From the IMG/VR virus record IMGVR_UViG_3300012348_000111, positions 32,001 to 96,000 of that record: a stretch of DNA of 64,000 bases. One strand, 5' to 3'. This stretch comes from a virus. Each line of letters starts with the position of its first letter. Positions within the stretch are counted from its first letter, which is position 1. The position numbers and the translations under genes are program-made. Positions 17,301 through 27,154 of this stretch are shown here, piece after piece. The notes beneath the pieces were generated by a model. It was not told where the DNA came from, did no database searches, and saw only the letters and a program-made list of their open reading frames with translations.

Positions 17301-20300
17301 ACAGAAGATACAATCGCACTTTCCATTACTGTTCTGTCTACTAAAGCGTCTAATAAGTATTGTAGTTTACCATCTTCTTTTATTTGAATTAAATCTTTTG
17401 TTGCTTGTGCAGCACCTTTACGGGATAATTCACCTACGATAAATTCTACAAGCTTTTCTTTATTGTCAAGTTTTTCTAAGAATTCGTTTGAATCGTATTC
17501 TACTAAGTTCTTAACGTAGTTTCTATAAAGTTCATATGCTTCTAATTCAGCATTTGTAGTTGCATCTTTGTAGATAAGTTTTCTTAACTGAGAAGAGAAT
17601 ATATTTTGGAAAGATTCTTTGTTTTCAACTATTACTTGTTCTTTAAGATATTTGATTTCAATAATACCTGGAGCACTTGGTGCAGTATCTACTTGACCAT
17701 CTTTAAATAAATCAATAGCTGGAACTGTTTCAGCAATCTTAGTTCCACTACTAAACACACCATAGTCTGCTCCTGAAGCATAAAGCTTAAATAAAATATC
17801 AGCTGCTCTAGGATTAGTTACTGCCTCTGAAGGAAGTAAAGGTTTAACTGAGTACTTATGGAAGATAGGAATAGAAGGACCAAATATAGACTGATTGTTT
17901 CCTGCATACTGAAGTTTCTTTACACTAAACTTAAATTTAGGTTTTTGGTTTAAAAGATTATCTAATTGTCTTTGAAGCATAACTGCTTCATACTGATTAG
18001 CATTCTTTAGTTGAAGATAAGTGCTCCAAATATTATTTTGGCGAGTAAACTCTTCTTCCATATCTAAAGTAATACCTGTAGACGTTGCATAGAATCTTCT
18101 AAAGAAATCCATAGTAGCTACAGACGCAGCGTCTTGTGCTTTAGAATCTTTATCTTTAGTGTAAGCGTCTCTTACTTTATCGTAAGCTGATGATTGAGCT
18201 GTTTCAGATACTACTGGATTATCATTAAATACTAAGTAAGAAAGTTTAGTAGGATCTTTAGGCAATACATTAATAGGAAGATTATTTTCTATTGCGTATT
18301 GTTGAAATGCTTTTTCTTGAGCATAAGAATCGTTTTCTACATTGTTTAAAGCAGCTACAGTAGTTCTATCCATATTGGTATATGTACCATAAGCATTCCA
18401 TGCAGACAAACGTTTCTCGATATCTTTAGCGTTTTTATAGTAGTAAGGATGATTAAAGAATAGTTTGTGTTGCTCTACACGCATTACAAAAGAATAGAAA
18501 TGATACTTAGCAAGTTGTTCGTTTGACAGATTGTATCCAGCTAAAGTGTCTTGACTTACTTCTACGTTGTTATTAAGATACTCGTTAAACTTAGAATAAA
18601 CTTCTTGAGCATAACTAAGTTTTAAGAAAGCATCTTCAAGTGTTGTGTTAGCAGGAAGTTCTTTAAGATCATTTATAAGACTTTGTTTTAAATCAGGACT
18701 GTCGATAATTTTTTCAAAGTAAGCAAGTTTTACATTTTCAAGTTTAGATTTAAATAAATTTTGATTAACCTTGCTATTTTGAGTGTCTATTTCTGATTTA
18801 AGAATAGGAAGAATGAATTGTGAAAATAAACGGAAGTCTATTCTTACTTCATTTTCTTTAGTAAAAGTGTATTCAATGTTGTCTGATTTAGCAAGACCTA
18901 AGAACTTTCTAGCTGATAGATCTAAACCAATACCTCTTGTTGTACTTTTACCTGATAGACGATTTAATTCTTCCACACCACCATTAAGTAATCCTACTAT
19001 GTCAGCATAGTGTTTCATGCTTGACAGAGAGTCAATGGTTTTTTCTCCATCAAATCCGTCTTCAATACCTAATAAGTTAACGATTTCAACTTTTCTAGGT
19101 TTACCGTTTTCAACTATTCTATTACCAGCTACATTAAAAAGATATTTTAATACCCAAGATCCTCTAGCGTTGGTATTCATTGCTTGATTCAAATGTGGTA
19201 TTTCTTTTTCTACATCTTCTAAAGTTTTATAGTTGGTACTATCATTCAAGATAGATAGAACTTTAGTCATGTAAGTATGTTGGTTAACACTCCATATTTG
19301 CTTTCCTACAGCATTATAACGCATGTCATTAGCGTATGTAGGGTTAGCATCTATTTCAAGATTTAAAAAGTAATTAACAGCACTTACTTCGGATTTAATT
19401 TTACCTGTTTCAGTTTTGTGTTCTTTACTTATTAAACCTAAAGGAGTAAGCATAGGTGTTCCTACATCAGAAAGAGATTTAAGTTTAGTTCTAATTAAAT
19501 TTAAGTTTTGAATTACTGTTTCTGGTTTTTCAGTTCTTAATGACTCCAGACCTAAAGAAGTATAGTTTAAACCTAAAGCTTGTAATTGTAAATAAACTTG
19601 ATCATAAAATCCTCTTAACGCATCAGGATCTCCTGTAGGAATGGATGGTGTCTTTTCAAACATACTAAAGAACTCTTCAGTATTTAATGCATAAGAACCA
19701 TTAGTAGTCAATACTTTAAATGGACCAGCCTCTGTATAGAAATCAGAATCTAACTGACTTCTTAATTGTACAGCATCTAATGAAAGTGCTTTAAGAACTT
19801 TAGTTTCTGTAATATTACCTTTGTCGTCTCTTTCTATTTTTACAGTAGAACCGTCTATGTAAGGCATAGTAAAGAGATTAAAGAATTGTACTTTAAATGC
19901 TAAATCTGTAATTCTTGTTATTGTATTATCAGCTTTAGGTAAGTAATCTAAGAAGGTATTAAATTGAGGAAACTTAACAGCAACTTCTTTGATTTTATTG
20001 TACATTTCATTGTACGTATTTAGTCCTGTTAATTCTCTTTGTAGAATAGTCCAGTTGCTTTCAAAATCACCAAGTAATGCAAAACCTAATACGGGATCAG
20101 TTACTTTTTCAGTTCCTTCATATCTAGGTAGTGTTCGTATAGCATTAATGATTACATCACTAGCCATATCTTTTTGAGACATTTCCTCTATAGATTTTTC
20201 AAACTCACCTATACCTTCATTCTCAGGTTCGTTAAGTACTTCATCTATAGCATTAAGAATGTTTGTAGACTTAATTTTATTGTCAAAAAGAGTAGAGTTA

Positions 20301-23300
20301 TTTTTATGAAAGTCTAAGATAGTTGCAATATTAACTATCTTTAGAGCTAAGTGATCTACTTTTTCAGCTTGATTAAAGTCATCTGGGTTCTGCTCAAGTA
20401 TTTCATATTCTTCTTGATATACAGTATCTAGATATTTTACTACGTTTTGATAGACTGTCTTTACTTGTTTAGGATTAAGAAGTACGTTTACTACACTTGC
20501 GTTGTAAGGCTTAAGGATAGCATTTGCAATATCTACAAATAAGCCATCAAACTCTTCTATTGTTTTTTGTGTTTCTGTATAAGAAAGAGCAAGAGGTTGA
20601 TCATTCTCATCTAAGATAACTAGTTTAGAAGAGTAAAGCTTTTTAAAGTAAGCGTTTTGTTCGTTACGTTTATAACGAGTAATGTTTCCTTTGTAAAGCT
20701 GATCAAAGTATTTATCTACTGTTTTTTTATCAGAGATTAAGTTAGTAATGAAGTCCCAAATCTTTTGAAAGATAGATTTAGTCTCTTTGTATTTTGCAAT
20801 CTCAGAAGGTATTGTTTGTCCTCCTGTTAAAGCATATTGACGGAAAGACTCAGCAATCTTTTCTTCAAGTTCCACAAAAGGTAAATCTCCCCATATCTTA
20901 CGTGCTTCAGAATAAAGTTTTTCTTTCTGATCACCATTAAGATATAATTGAGAAAACTCATGCCATGCTTCGTGATAAGCTTCTGCATAGTTAGCACCTT
21001 CAAATAATTGAATACCTGCTTTAGACCATATAGCATATGCTTCTGGATGAGCAATGGTAGTATCAAATATAAAAGGTGTATTCTTAAATATAGGATGACT
21101 TTCTACCCAAGCTTTAGCTGCTTCGTTTTCTTGTTTGGTTATTTTGTTAGAAAGTGTTCTAGCTCTTTTTAATGAATTAGGATCTATACCTGCGTCTTCA
21201 CCTCTACCTTTTATTTGAGAATTTGCACGTTCTATTAAACTTCTTCTTTTAGATACTGGTTTATTTTCTACTACAGGTTGAGTAGATTGTTCTAAAGCAG
21301 CTAGTTCTGCGTCGTACTTATCGTCTATCTGCTGACTTGTTAGGAACTCATTAAAACCCTGGTCAATAAATTCCGTAAACTGAATAAAACTTCCTTTAGT
21401 AAATCTTAATACTTTATTATTATTTACTTTAGTAATAATTGCTTTTCCTATCTGTGCATTACTCATACCTTTAATACGAGCTAGTTTGATAAAGTCATTA
21501 ATAGCCTTTAATCCTTTTTCATACTCTTCTTGTATTTCAGAATCAGACCAATCCTTGAATACAGAATTGGGATCTGTTTCTCTATCAATTTTAGCACTAT
21601 TAACGGTTACAATTACTCTAAGTCTTACACTGTTTGATTGTTCTTTTTGTCTTCTTGTTTCTATCTCAGCTTTAGCGTCTATAGATTGAGTAGATTCTTC
21701 TTTAGCTAAAGGATCTACAATGTTTTCTTCTACATCTTGAACAGACTTAGATGTTTCTGGTTGAGTAGGAACCATAGGTAAAGGTTGTTCAGCCTTTAAG
21801 GTTTTTTGCCAATCTTTTTTAACAGTGGCTCCAAAGTCAGAACTTAATACAAATTCTTTATATGTTTTGAACTCTTTAATAGTAGGTTGACCATTTACAA
21901 ACATAATTGCTTTGAATGGTTGTTCACTATTAAGTCTATTTGCAAATAAAGGTTTACGTATTTCTGTTTTAGATAAAAGTTCTTTTTGAGTAGACTTACC
22001 TATTACTTTAGCTTTTCCTTCTGGAGTAACAGCTTTAATATTAAGTTTATCACTATCTCTATTTTTACCAATAAAGAATTGACCTTGAGGAAAGTATCTT
22101 AATGTTTTATTTTTTCTTTCACTAAAGAAATTGTCAGCTATAAGTTCTAAAAACTCCTGCGGATCTGTAGGAAATTCTTTAGGAAGAGTTCCATTATTAA
22201 ATGCTTCAACTAGGTTAAAAAGATTACTACCCTCTACTTGAGGTAAGTCTATACGACTATAAGGATAGATAGCACCTTCTCTTTCTAGATAAACTGCTCC
22301 CTTTTCAAGAGTATATTTATTTCCAAATGGTGATTCTCTTTCTATAGTATCTGCTATATGAACATATACTTTTGATTTATCGTTTACTAAGCCAGCTAAA
22401 GGTACCGCTTTAGTCGTAGATGTTCCTTCTGTGCCAGTAATTGTAGCTAACACAGGAGTGTTGTTATTAGTAATTGCTGTTACTTGGTCTTTAGCAGGAC
22501 CTGATTTTAAAGGTGTAATTAACGGTGCTCCTGTTTCAGATGTACCTATATAACCTTCAGGAGTAAAGTAAATTACTTCTCCTTCTTTATTTGTAATTAT
22601 AGTTAGAGCTGCTCCTTGATTATTTACAGCTGCAGGGTTTTTAGCAAAAAAGTCAATAAAAGCTTGATCTACTATTTTGATACCATTAAAAGTAAATATA
22701 CTTTCTAGTTCTTTTTTCTGTTCTGCATTAAGTGGTTTCTTTTCGTTAATAAAAGATTCTACTCTTCCAAATCTTTCTTTAGATAGAATAGTTTTTAAAG
22801 TATTTAAAGGTAATTGAATTAGAATAGCAACATCAGCATTTGCACCACCTCTTATTTTATTATCTATTACTTGAACAATATTTAATGCTCTTAAATTGAA
22901 TGGGTTTTCTGTTAGTCTATCCTGTCTATCTAATTCAACAATGTTTAACTGTAAAGTATTTTTATTTACAGCTTGGGTTTTATTGTCTTCTTGTTGATTA
23001 AGTTCGTTTTTATGATTAACGTTATTCTCTTCTATTTCAGATTCTGTAGGTTTACTGTCTGAAATAGTATCTCCTTCTTCTTCTTGTTTATCAACTTTTT
23101 CTTGTTCTTTAGGTGTTAGGTTATTTTTCAAACCCATCATACGAGTTTGAAAGTCTTCTAGCATTACTACAGGAAGAAAAGAAGTTCCTTCTAAACTAAA
23201 GTTAGGCTCATTAGAATAAAGAGAATCAAAAAACTTTGTAATTGCTTTCTCTTCACCTGGAAAGAATCCTAACATTGCTGCTTCAGCTTCAGCTAAAGAT

Positions 23301-26300
23301 TCTATTTCGGGATTATTTATTAGGTAATCAAAGAAGTCTATTCTTACACCACTATTGAATTTACTAGTTTCTACTTTTCTATCTTCTTCAGATTCTAAAG
23401 GTACTAACTGATCTTCTAAAGATTCCTGAGTTCTTAATCTTTCGTTTCTAAATTGATTATAAATATCTTCATTTAATGGTCTTTCAGAAACTACTACAGT
23501 TTTTTCTTCTTTGGGTTCTTTACTTGATGCAGGAGTAAATCCTCTTTCAAAAGGTTTTTCTTCTTCAGTTGGTTTTGATTTTTCTTCTTTAGGTTCTTCT
23601 TTAGGTTCTTCTTTCTTCTCTTCTTTTTTACTTTCTTCAGTTTTAGAAAGTTCTTCTTTAATTTCTTTATCTGTAACAGGTTTGATATTAGCTTTATCTA
23701 GAATAGATTTATTAATATCTTTTATTACTGTTAAAGATTCTTCTGGAGTAAGACCTTTAGTAGAAAGTTCATAAAAATTATTAGCATATTCTCTATATGC
23801 TTCTAGTTGTGTTTTTTTGTTAGGGTCTGTTTCTTTTGATGCAGCATGTCTTTCTAACATATTACCTAACAATAAACGTTGAGCATCTGTTAAATGTTGA
23901 TGTGCATCTGCTTCTAACTGACCAGATTCTAATTCAGCTTGAGATAATTCAGCCGATGTCATTACAGCAACCTGTGCATCTTTAGTTTCTGGATTAGTTA
24001 AGTTAAATGAACCTTCAGCTATAGATTGATCTCTATCTAATTTCTTTCTTGTTTCTATTTCACTATTTATAAGATCAATTAAATCTTGTTCATAAAAATT
24101 TTGAAGTTGTGGTCCTGATGTTGGTACAAAAGGTGCGTTAATAGCTTCTTGTCTTTTAGATCCTTTATATTGTTGTAAGAAAGGTATAAAGTTTGTTTTT
24201 GCTAATTCGAGTTCAAGAAGTGTTAATTTTTCAGGAGACTCTTCTAGTAGTTGTTGAAAACCATCTAACCTATCTGCAACTGTAGCCTCTACTTCTGTTA
24301 TAAACTTATCATATTCAGCACTTATAAAGTCTTGTCTTTCATCTTCTGGAGATACTAGAACTCTATTTACAGCTGTTTGATTTAATGTGTTTACAAGCGT
24401 TGTTAGGCTATTATCTGAACTAGTGGCCGTCTTAGCTTGTTTAGCAAACATATTAGAGATAATGCCTTTCTTTTCTTGTTCAGTAAGACCTACGTATTTT
24501 TCAATTCTTTTTTTAGAATTAAGAACAACATCGCTAGCATCTGAAAGTTGTTTTTCGTAAGCTGCTATTTGTTCAGGTGTAAAAGTAGAAGTATCAATAG
24601 AAAGTAAATCTTCTATGTCTTCTACACTATTAAAGTAATTGAACTGTGCGTCTCTATCGTCTAATAGTGTAGAAATATTCTTTAAAGAGTTTATATCTGT
24701 AATAGAGTCTAATCTTGTTTTTAATCCGTTTACAGCTGCTGTTCTTTCTACAGCCTGTTCTTTGGTTAATTTACCGTTTTGAACTTGTTTGTTAATAAAC
24801 GAAAGATATTGTTCAGGATTATTAGCTATATCCCATCTGGCTTGACTTCTTCTAGAACGAGAATCAAATGCTGCTGGAACACCAGAAATAAACAATGAAG
24901 GAATAAATCCACTTACAAATGTTTCTAATCCATTCTGTAAAGTAAGATCGTTTGATTCTTCTACTGTAAAGTCTTTACTTGCAGCATACTTATCTACAAA
25001 GTAATTACCTAGTAATGAAAATTCTTCTTCTAATGATTCCTGAACTGCACCAGATAAGGTTTTTCTAATAGCTGATGGTGCTACAAGTAAAGCAGCTTTA
25101 GTTGGTGATATTGCGTTTTTGGGCAATAGTCCTAATAATACATCACGATTGTAAGTCATTCGTGAAAAGTTAGTAGGATCTAATTTACCAGCTTTCTTAA
25201 GTAACCCGTCTAAAGGACCTAAACTTCTATCGGCTTTAAAGAAATCAGTATCGGGAATTATAGTTTCTGATAAAGCTTCTACACCAGATCTAAGCAAAGC
25301 TACATTACGAGCATCTCCATCATTTTTAAAGTTGTTTCTTTCTTCTGCATAAAATCTAGGAAATGTAGTAGCGAATGTATTACCAAAAGTAGATATCCTT
25401 GGAGCTACTTCTTTTAAAAATGTTTTTTGAGCAGTAGTAGATAGTCCAGCTGACTTACTTATATTAGACCAAGAAAGATTCATTCCTCTACCTGCAGCAC
25501 CTACACCTCTACTTAACAGAATTGTTTGAGCCACATCAATAGCTATAGGAAGTGTTTGTTCAGTTGCTGCTGATAAGTTCCAATGACCTTCTCCTTTTTC
25601 ATCTACCCAATGTACATTAGATACATATATAGGATTGTCTTGAGAATCTTTAATTACTTCATTAGATTCTATTAATGAGTTTTTATTTAAATCATTTACT
25701 CTACGATACTGTGGAGGAGCAAACGATTTAGCACCTAAGTTAAATCCAAATGCACCTACTTTATCTCCTGTTAAAGCTGCTATACCTGCTACTTGATTTG
25801 TAGCATTAGAAAGCATTTGTTCACCACCTCTATATGCAATACTTTTAGCTTTTCTAAGAGGGTGTTGATACCAGCTACTTGTCGCTAAATCATTATAAAG
25901 AATTTCTGATTTTTCTTTCTTTACTTCTTCTCTATATAGTTCAGGATAAGATAGCTTGTAAAATTCTTTTTTGTCCTGAAGTGGTTCAAGCTTTTTACTT
26001 AGATCTTTAGTGAAGAGTAGGTTTTCTTCAAGCTGTTTCTTTTGGTTTAAAACATTTTGATTATTAGGATCTTTTTCAAGTTGTTGATTTACTTCAATTA
26101 AAGATTGAGATAGTTCTTGTTCTTTATTTTTAGCAGCTACACCCATTAAATTAGTGTAGTTGTAGTTTATGTTTGCTAATTCAGTAACATATTCTTTTTG
26201 AGACTGTACACCTATCTTACCTCCTATACTTTGAGTAATAGGATTTACAGACATAAATTTTGCAAAAGTACTAGAACTAAATATAGGAGAAAGTTCTAAA

Positions 26301-27121
26301 GAACTATTTTTAACAGCATTAAGATTTTCAGTATTATATACAAATGACCCTGGCACATAAGACTGAACATCTAACATATCAGTTAAAAGTTTTTGTTTAC
26401 TTTCAGTATCGTTAGGATCTATACCTATATTGTAGGCAAAGTTGTACGCATTACTGGTAGCATTAGCTTGATTAATTTGATTAAGAAAACTTTGTTTTTG
26501 GTTTTTATCAGTACTTTCTAAAAACTTATTAAAGTTTTGTTCAGCAAAACCATAAACTTTTTTATCATTATAATATCTAGTTAAATCAGTATATTCTTTT
26601 TGAAGTTTTTCTCTTGCTTCATCAGATAATAGTCCTGAACCATATGCTTTTTGAAAATAAGTTTTTAGTTCTGTTAATGCGTTTAGATCACCTTCTTCTA
26701 ACTTACGACTTAATACACCAGCTACTGTTCCAAAAGAAGATTTAGTTTTAGGATCTAAAGATATTTTATCAAGATTGATAGTTTCAAAGTTTCTATCTTG
26801 AGTACCCATAAGTAAACCAGACCCTCCTATAGAACCACTTAAACTTTCAGTTCTTGTAGCAATTTTTTTATTATTAGGATTAGATAGTAACCCTTGTTGA
26901 TTGTCTACTAAATAATTTTTTTCTAATATATCAGATATACTTGAAACATAATCATTTTGTTTTATGGGCTGTTGTAGTGATTGTCTATTGTATTCTGAAA
27001 TTTGATTTATTTCATTGATTCCGCTAACAAGTCCTAATCTAGATTGTTCAGCTGTTTTACCTGTTTCAGCAATTGATAGGGCATCAATTTTTTGTAGAAA
27101 TAAACTTTTATCGCTTGGCAT
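14384..27121 (-). CDS. Giant virion-packaged RNA polymerase polyprotein (crAss-like, phi14:2 gp66-related) with zincin domain
   Basis: 4245 aa; AIRIPGQG followed by GSDYDIDKLF (DxDxD catalytic motif, ~16856-16870); upstream Lys motifs (KLQYAG, HKYS, SGTK); YHEAWHE zincin at ~20956-20980. Confidence 0.88.
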   Translation of the reverse strand: MPSDKSLFLQKIDALSIAETGKTAEQSRLGLVSGINEINQISEYNRQSLQQPIKQNDYVSSISDILEKNYLVDNQQGLLSNPNNKKIATRTESLSGSIGGSGLLMGTQDRNFETINLDKISLDPKTKSSFGTVAGVLSRKLEEGDLNALTELKTYFQKAYGSGLLSDEAREKLQKEYTDLTRYYNDKKVYGFAEQNFNKFLESTDKNQKQSFLNQINQANATSNAYNFAYNIGIDPNDTESKQKLLTDMLDVQSYVPGSFVYNTENLNAVKNSSLELSPIFSSSTFAKFMSVNPITQSIGGKIGVQSQKEYVTELANINYNYTNLMGVAAKNKEQELSQSLIEVNQQLEKDPNNQNVLNQKKQLEENLLFTKDLSKKLEPLQDKKEFYKLSYPELYREEVKKEKSEILYNDLATSSWYQHPLRKAKSIAYRGGEQMLSNATNQVAGIAALTGDKVGAFGFNLGAKSFAPPQYRRVNDLNKNSLIESNEVIKDSQDNPIYVSNVHWVDEKGEGHWNLSAATEQTLPIAIDVAQTILLSRGVGAAGRGMNLSWSNISKSAGLSTTAQKTFLKEVAPRISTFGNTFATTFPRFYAEERNNFKNDGDARNVALLRSGVEALSETIIPDTDFFKADRSLGPLDGLLKKAGKLDPTNFSRMTYNRDVLLGLLPKNAISPTKAALLVAPSAIRKTLSGAVQESLEEEFSLLGNYFVDKYAASKDFTVEESNDLTLQNGLETFVSGFIPSLFISGVPAAFDSRSRRSQARWDIANNPEQYLSFINKQVQNGKLTKEQAVERTAAVNGLKTRLDSITDINSLKNISTLLDDRDAQFNYFNSVEDIEDLLSIDTSTFTPEQIAAYEKQLSDASDVVLNSKKRIEKYVGLTEQEKKGIISNMFAKQAKTATSSDNSLTTLVNTLNQTAVNRVLVSPEDERQDFISAEYDKFITEVEATVADRLDGFQQLLEESPEKLTLLELELAKTNFIPFLQQYKGSKRQEAINAPFVPTSGPQLQNFYEQDLIDLINSEIETRKKLDRDQSIAEGSFNLTNPETKDAQVAVMTSAELSQAELESGQLEADAHQHLTDAQRLLLGNMLERHAASKETDPNKKTQLEAYREYANNFYELSTKGLTPEESLTVIKDINKSILDKANIKPVTDKEIKEELSKTEESKKEEKKEEPKEEPKEEKSKPTEEEKPFERGFTPASSKEPKEEKTVVVSERPLNEDIYNQFRNERLRTQESLEDQLVPLESEEDRKVETSKFNSGVRIDFFDYLINNPEIESLAEAEAAMLGFFPGEEKAITKFFDSLYSNEPNFSLEGTSFLPVVMLEDFQTRMMGLKNNLTPKEQEKVDKQEEEGDTISDSKPTESEIEENNVNHKNELNQQEDNKTQAVNKNTLQLNIVELDRQDRLTENPFNLRALNIVQVIDNKIRGGANADVAILIQLPLNTLKTILSKERFGRVESFINEKKPLNAEQKKELESIFTFNGIKIVDQAFIDFFAKNPAAVNNQGAALTIITNKEGEVIYFTPEGYIGTSETGAPLITPLKSGPAKDQVTAITNNNTPVLATITGTEGTSTTKAVPLAGLVNDKSKVYVHIADTIERESPFGNKYTLEKGAVYLEREGAIYPYSRIDLPQVEGSNLFNLVEAFNNGTLPKEFPTDPQEFLELIADNFFSERKNKTLRYFPQGQFFIGKNRDSDKLNIKAVTPEGKAKVIGKSTQKELLSKTEIRKPLFANRLNSEQPFKAIMFVNGQPTIKEFKTYKEFVLSSDFGATVKKDWQKTLKAEQPLPMVPTQPETSKSVQDVEENIVDPLAKEESTQSIDAKAEIETRRQKEQSNSVRLRVIVTVNSAKIDRETDPNSVFKDWSDSEIQEEYEKGLKAINDFIKLARIKGMSNAQIGKAIITKVNNNKVLRFTKGSFIQFTEFIDQGFNEFLTSQQIDDKYDAELAALEQSTQPVVENKPVSKRRSLIERANSQIKGRGEDAGIDPNSLKRARTLSNKITKQENEAAKAWVESHPIFKNTPFIFDTTIAHPEAYAIWSKAGIQLFEGANYAEAYHEAWHEFSQLYLNGDQKEKLYSEARKIWGDLPFVELEEKIAESFRQYALTGGQTIPSEIAKYKETKSIFQKIWDFITNLISDKKTVDKYFDQLYKGNITRYKRNEQNAYFKKLYSSKLVILDENDQPLALSYTETQKTIEEFDGLFVDIANAILKPYNASVVNVLLNPKQVKTVYQNVVKYLDTVYQEEYEILEQNPDDFNQAEKVDHLALKIVNIATILDFHKNNSTLFDNKIKSTNILNAIDEVLNEPENEGIGEFEKSIEEMSQKDMASDVIINAIRTLPRYEGTEKVTDPVLGFALLGDFESNWTILQRELTGLNTYNEMYNKIKEVAVKFPQFNTFLDYLPKADNTITRITDLAFKVQFFNLFTMPYIDGSTVKIERDDKGNITETKVLKALSLDAVQLRSQLDSDFYTEAGPFKVLTTNGSYALNTEEFFSMFEKTPSIPTGDPDALRGFYDQVYLQLQALGLNYTSLGLESLRTEKPETVIQNLNLIRTKLKSLSDVGTPMLTPLGLISKEHKTETGKIKSEVSAVNYFLNLEIDANPTYANDMRYNAVGKQIWSVNQHTYMTKVLSILNDSTNYKTLEDVEKEIPHLNQAMNTNARGSWVLKYLFNVAGNRIVENGKPRKVEIVNLLGIEDGFDGEKTIDSLSSMKHYADIVGLLNGGVEELNRLSGKSTTRGIGLDLSARKFLGLAKSDNIEYTFTKENEVRIDFRLFSQFILPILKSEIDTQNSKVNQNLFKSKLENVKLAYFEKIIDSPDLKQSLINDLKELPANTTLEDAFLKLSYAQEVYSKFNEYLNNNVEVSQDTLAGYNLSNEQLAKYHFYSFVMRVEQHKLFFNHPYYYKNAKDIEKRLSAWNAYGTYTNMDRTTVAALNNVENDSYAQEKAFQQYAIENNLPINVLPKDPTKLSYLVFNDNPVVSETAQSSAYDKVRDAYTKDKDSKAQDAASVATMDFFRRFYATSTGITLDMEEEFTRQNNIWSTYLQLKNANQYEAVMLQRQLDNLLNQKPKFKFSVKKLQYAGNNQSIFGPSIPIFHKYSVKPLLPSEAVTNPRAADILFKLYASGADYGVFSSGTKIAETVPAIDLFKDGQVDTAPSAPGIIEIKYLKEQVIVENKESFQNIFSSQLRKLIYKDATTNAELEAYELYRNYVKNLVEYDSNEFLEKLDNKEKLVEFIVGELSRKGAAQATKDLIQIKEDGKLQYLLDALVDRTVMESAIVSSVKNKVIRQKVNGAQRVQFPVSLMSDRKLKYYDLKDGKVTKAEIMISFSKLYYPLFNLEYNGSPIGELNAKGEPINPHTALKRLNEALNDPAFRKQYERQLNIVAIRIPGQGYNSIESFEIVEFLPEETGDIILVPDEMVVKSGSDYDIDKLFCYDPFIEADGSVMTNNLTPKEAFARKKQLALDIQTNKEIVKEYLEEKQNTLNEIEEFLKSKNISSVSEVYKQLKQLRAEKFEGDVEVDEEMDAKQMLLDKFKNGLSRKEILEKNLSKDQKAKLAERKAKLKNLSSILQDYSETKLSFRLQEANDALAEIYQELTDSKNELKAIRNRFSNNILFNMSDRLTNEEIFEDLITPNSISEIEKAADGLTKNPTNEANYTNIVNPNYQLYVFSLNTYKKALGTDAKNNVLHSILQKAKLTIVDKQANSRYVLPANRVEGNLTFEGTKDTKGKPISLVQGQMISAHVDIEKDDRIALINFNNVVTPIVNYATMLGTPFEAMVNLVNMSSEKGKDSLIAQYSKLNDFGSIMNIVEQIQDPTIKNIVQKSRSKFGYSEKKFINLTIGGLVEKYDTETILKGLFKENVISDVYRLGLFLEMKNQADKVRRLSANTDFDTLSPQNFESLRANDGELLKLKEEKFFEEEAFDKVIFESVVSPFQVQTSVLDKFVEIFPVSASKTVTDGIVKLHQQYAKKNKFLQYETLSRVFKNDFLYSMYINEVPNIIQYESLLDKRNSKNLKAQYEYLKKKLAEKKITSQNRIFDLVRFNTDEKSNFLRTGLKQNSFDYSVDFYREQFNQGFNYSHPQLDPVVDTQLIENMQTFFKNFAYAGILGSQLNKKFDSYLPLIPEQIYTYPMSTVLENFANLSEEEQRAKLSEFTKRFRENHPEFAKVKDINPDLNFYKDYVLSRPNITPSKSNGETITKVDEEVDTATTETQSTTPISIVSEQLDLSAEYNQAAQDSFMSIRNKNKKNKDNC

Positions 27122-27154
27122 ATGTAAATGTAAATATAACTTTAAATTTTGATT

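Noticed and set aside
23500-23660. EEPK/EEK repeats, and the acidic tracts at 51560-51700
   Set aside because: Low-complexity protein linkers, not DNA repeat arrays
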